Assembly (NCBI GenBank): GCA_027923505.1
Contig: BROI01000011.1
Location: 434,001 to 498,000 of the forward strand
Reading direction: 5' to 3'
Length of the DNA stretch: 64,000 bases
Source of the DNA: Mayamaea pseudoterrestris
Lineage: Eukaryota
Shown: positions 62,801 to 64,000 of the stretch, piece after piece
Position numbering within the stretch: position 1 is the stretch's first letter
How the letters are laid out: every line of letters starts with the position of its first letter
The notes under the pieces: generated by a model
Seen by the model: the letters and a program-made list of their open reading frames with translations, nothing else
The model's database searches: none
What the model was told of the DNA's origin: nothing
Made by a program: the position numbers and the translations under genes

Positions 62801-63643
62801 CCATGGAAAGGAAGCAAAAAGGTTGCTGAAAGTAAGATGATGAAAGGAGGCTCAGGAGGTGTTGTCAATAATTTGGGAGGAAAAGGCAGCAAAGGTAATT
62901 CGATAGAAAGTGGCAACAAAAGCTTTTCGGTGGGAGCGAGTAAAGGAAAGACAAGAGATGGTGGAAGTAAGAACGCAAAAGGATCGAAAGGAGATGGAGG
63001 AACAAGCGCCACGGTTACAAAGTCATTAATTCAGTCAATCATTGACGGCAAGAATAATTGGGACGGAATGGCTAAAGGCAAGATGATGTTCACTGGAAGT
63101 AAAAACGTTAAACGTGCAACCGGGGGAGTTGAAGACGCAAGAACGAAGATTACGAATTCAGTAATCCAGTCAATAGTTGGCAACATGAACATACGACCAA
63201 TTAAAAGTGCAAATAACTATGCACAAAAAGGAAAAGGTGTGAAAGGTTCCAAGGCAAATACATCGAAAGGGAGTGCTGTGCAATATTTTGCTGGTGTTTA
63301 TATTGTTCCAGAGAATAGACTTGCCTCGTCTTCAGCACTGAAGCCGCCGGTGTCAATCGTTCCGAAACCATCGAAAGATCAGTCTCCCGCTAAAGTGGCG
63401 ACAAATTCGCGCGAACGAGGCCGCGAGCAAGCAGAGTCCACTCGAGCCACCAACTATTCCTCTGCTTCGTACGAAGACAGCAAAAGCACCATTGCTGGAT
63501 ATCAGTCCATCTTGGTTGCACTTGCAAGTGTTTTTGGCGTGCTGAGCGTTGCATTGTGGCGCAGCCATCGATCGCACAACGGCAAATGGAAGCGCCAGGC
63601 TTCACGCAAGCGCAAGGCTGTCCAGTCCGTTTACCTAGAGTAA
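41836..63643 (+). CDS. Gene B: giant type I membrane-anchored Pro/Ser-rich mucin-like repeat protein (about 7,260 codons as assembled, about 4,490 if the 8.3-kb duplication is collapsed); two frameshifts as assembled
   Basis: MTKSFIIATLLLGASQTFTD signal peptide (upstream ATGs at 41800 and 41830), Cys-patterned domain, RQLQ, about 19.7 kb of 16-aa repeats, MSMNMNMGG, K/G/S-rich tail, TM helix YQSILVALASVFGVLSVALW, basic cytosolic tail, TAA 63643. The PS frame runs through ORFs 41788..47376, 47373..55703 and 47321..63643. Confidence 0.82.
42641..62395 (+). repeat. Coding minisatellite array B, about 410 units, mainly 48 bp (PSALPSKVPSAQPVNA), with 51-bp units at the 3' end
   Basis: Directly visible and the reverse complement of array A. 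51-bp PAVNA units cluster at about 61870-62395. The unit count is estimated from length. Confidence 0.97.
44078..60731 (+). repeat. 8,327-bp higher-order tandem duplication inside array B (about 44078..52404 and 52405..60731)
   Basis: Rare variant units recur at a constant offset of 8,327: 44111/52438, 44701/53028, 45457/53784, 46981/55308, 47351/55678 and 51211/59538. A truncated junction unit KVPPSAL lies at about 52405. Confidence 0.93.
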
Positions 63644-64000
63644 CATTGTTCATGTTATACATATTTTACAAATAATATCCTGTACATAATCATATAAACA
63701 ACATGCTGTATTAACAATATGGTGCGTACTATGTAAAGTCGACGGTTTTAGTTGATTCTGCAATGTGCTTGCTTGCTAGTCGACAACCGAGGACGAGGCT
63801 CTTGCGTGTCAAAAAGAACCTACGGCAAGGTGCATGGAAGAGTTTGATTCACATTTTAAGGTCGTTTTTGGCTCTCGTTCCGTCCATTCGCGAGCATTGC
63901 GGATCGCCAAACGATCCAGTCAAAGAGTTTCTTTGGTACTTAAGTTGGCGACCATTTCCCCCCGTGATTTTGCAACAAGCGAACGAATGCTCCGCCGCTC

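Noticed and set aside
63700..64000. Possible 3' end of a minus-strand gene at the window edge
   Set aside because: All three reverse frames hit stops within about 150 nt and show no recognisable motif.

Overview
Eukaryotic nuclear DNA, almost certainly from a diatom. The evidence is short GT-AG introns, an ASAF-type bipartite plastid presequence, helicase-associated (HA) domain genes and RXL-type propeptide sites. Bases 1-15.3 kb are gene-dense. They hold a partial Golgi sulfotransferase-like gene, two HA-domain genes, a PH-like protein, a multi-pass membrane protein, a DA2/GW2/SIP5-type RING ligase, a cNMP-regulated (PKG-like) kinase and a plastid-targeted cold-shock protein. The rest of the window is a divergent (head-to-head) pair of giant paralogous secreted Pro/Ser-rich genes: gene A (- strand, 32972..15651) and gene B (+ strand, 41836..63643), separated by about 8.9 kb with no convincing gene. 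Both share the same layout: signal peptide, a Cys-patterned N-terminal domain, RXL-Q, hundreds of copies of one nucleotide-homogenised 48/51-bp unit (PSALPSKVPSAQP[A]V[N/D]A), an MSMNMNMGG motif, then a Lys/Gly/Ser KxxK-rich tail. Only gene B ends in a clear transmembrane anchor. The two arrays form a roughly 46-kb inverted repeat. Frameshifts and an exact 8,327-bp duplication inside the arrays may be long-read assembly artefacts. All family assignments are from motif recognition by eye; no database searches were run.
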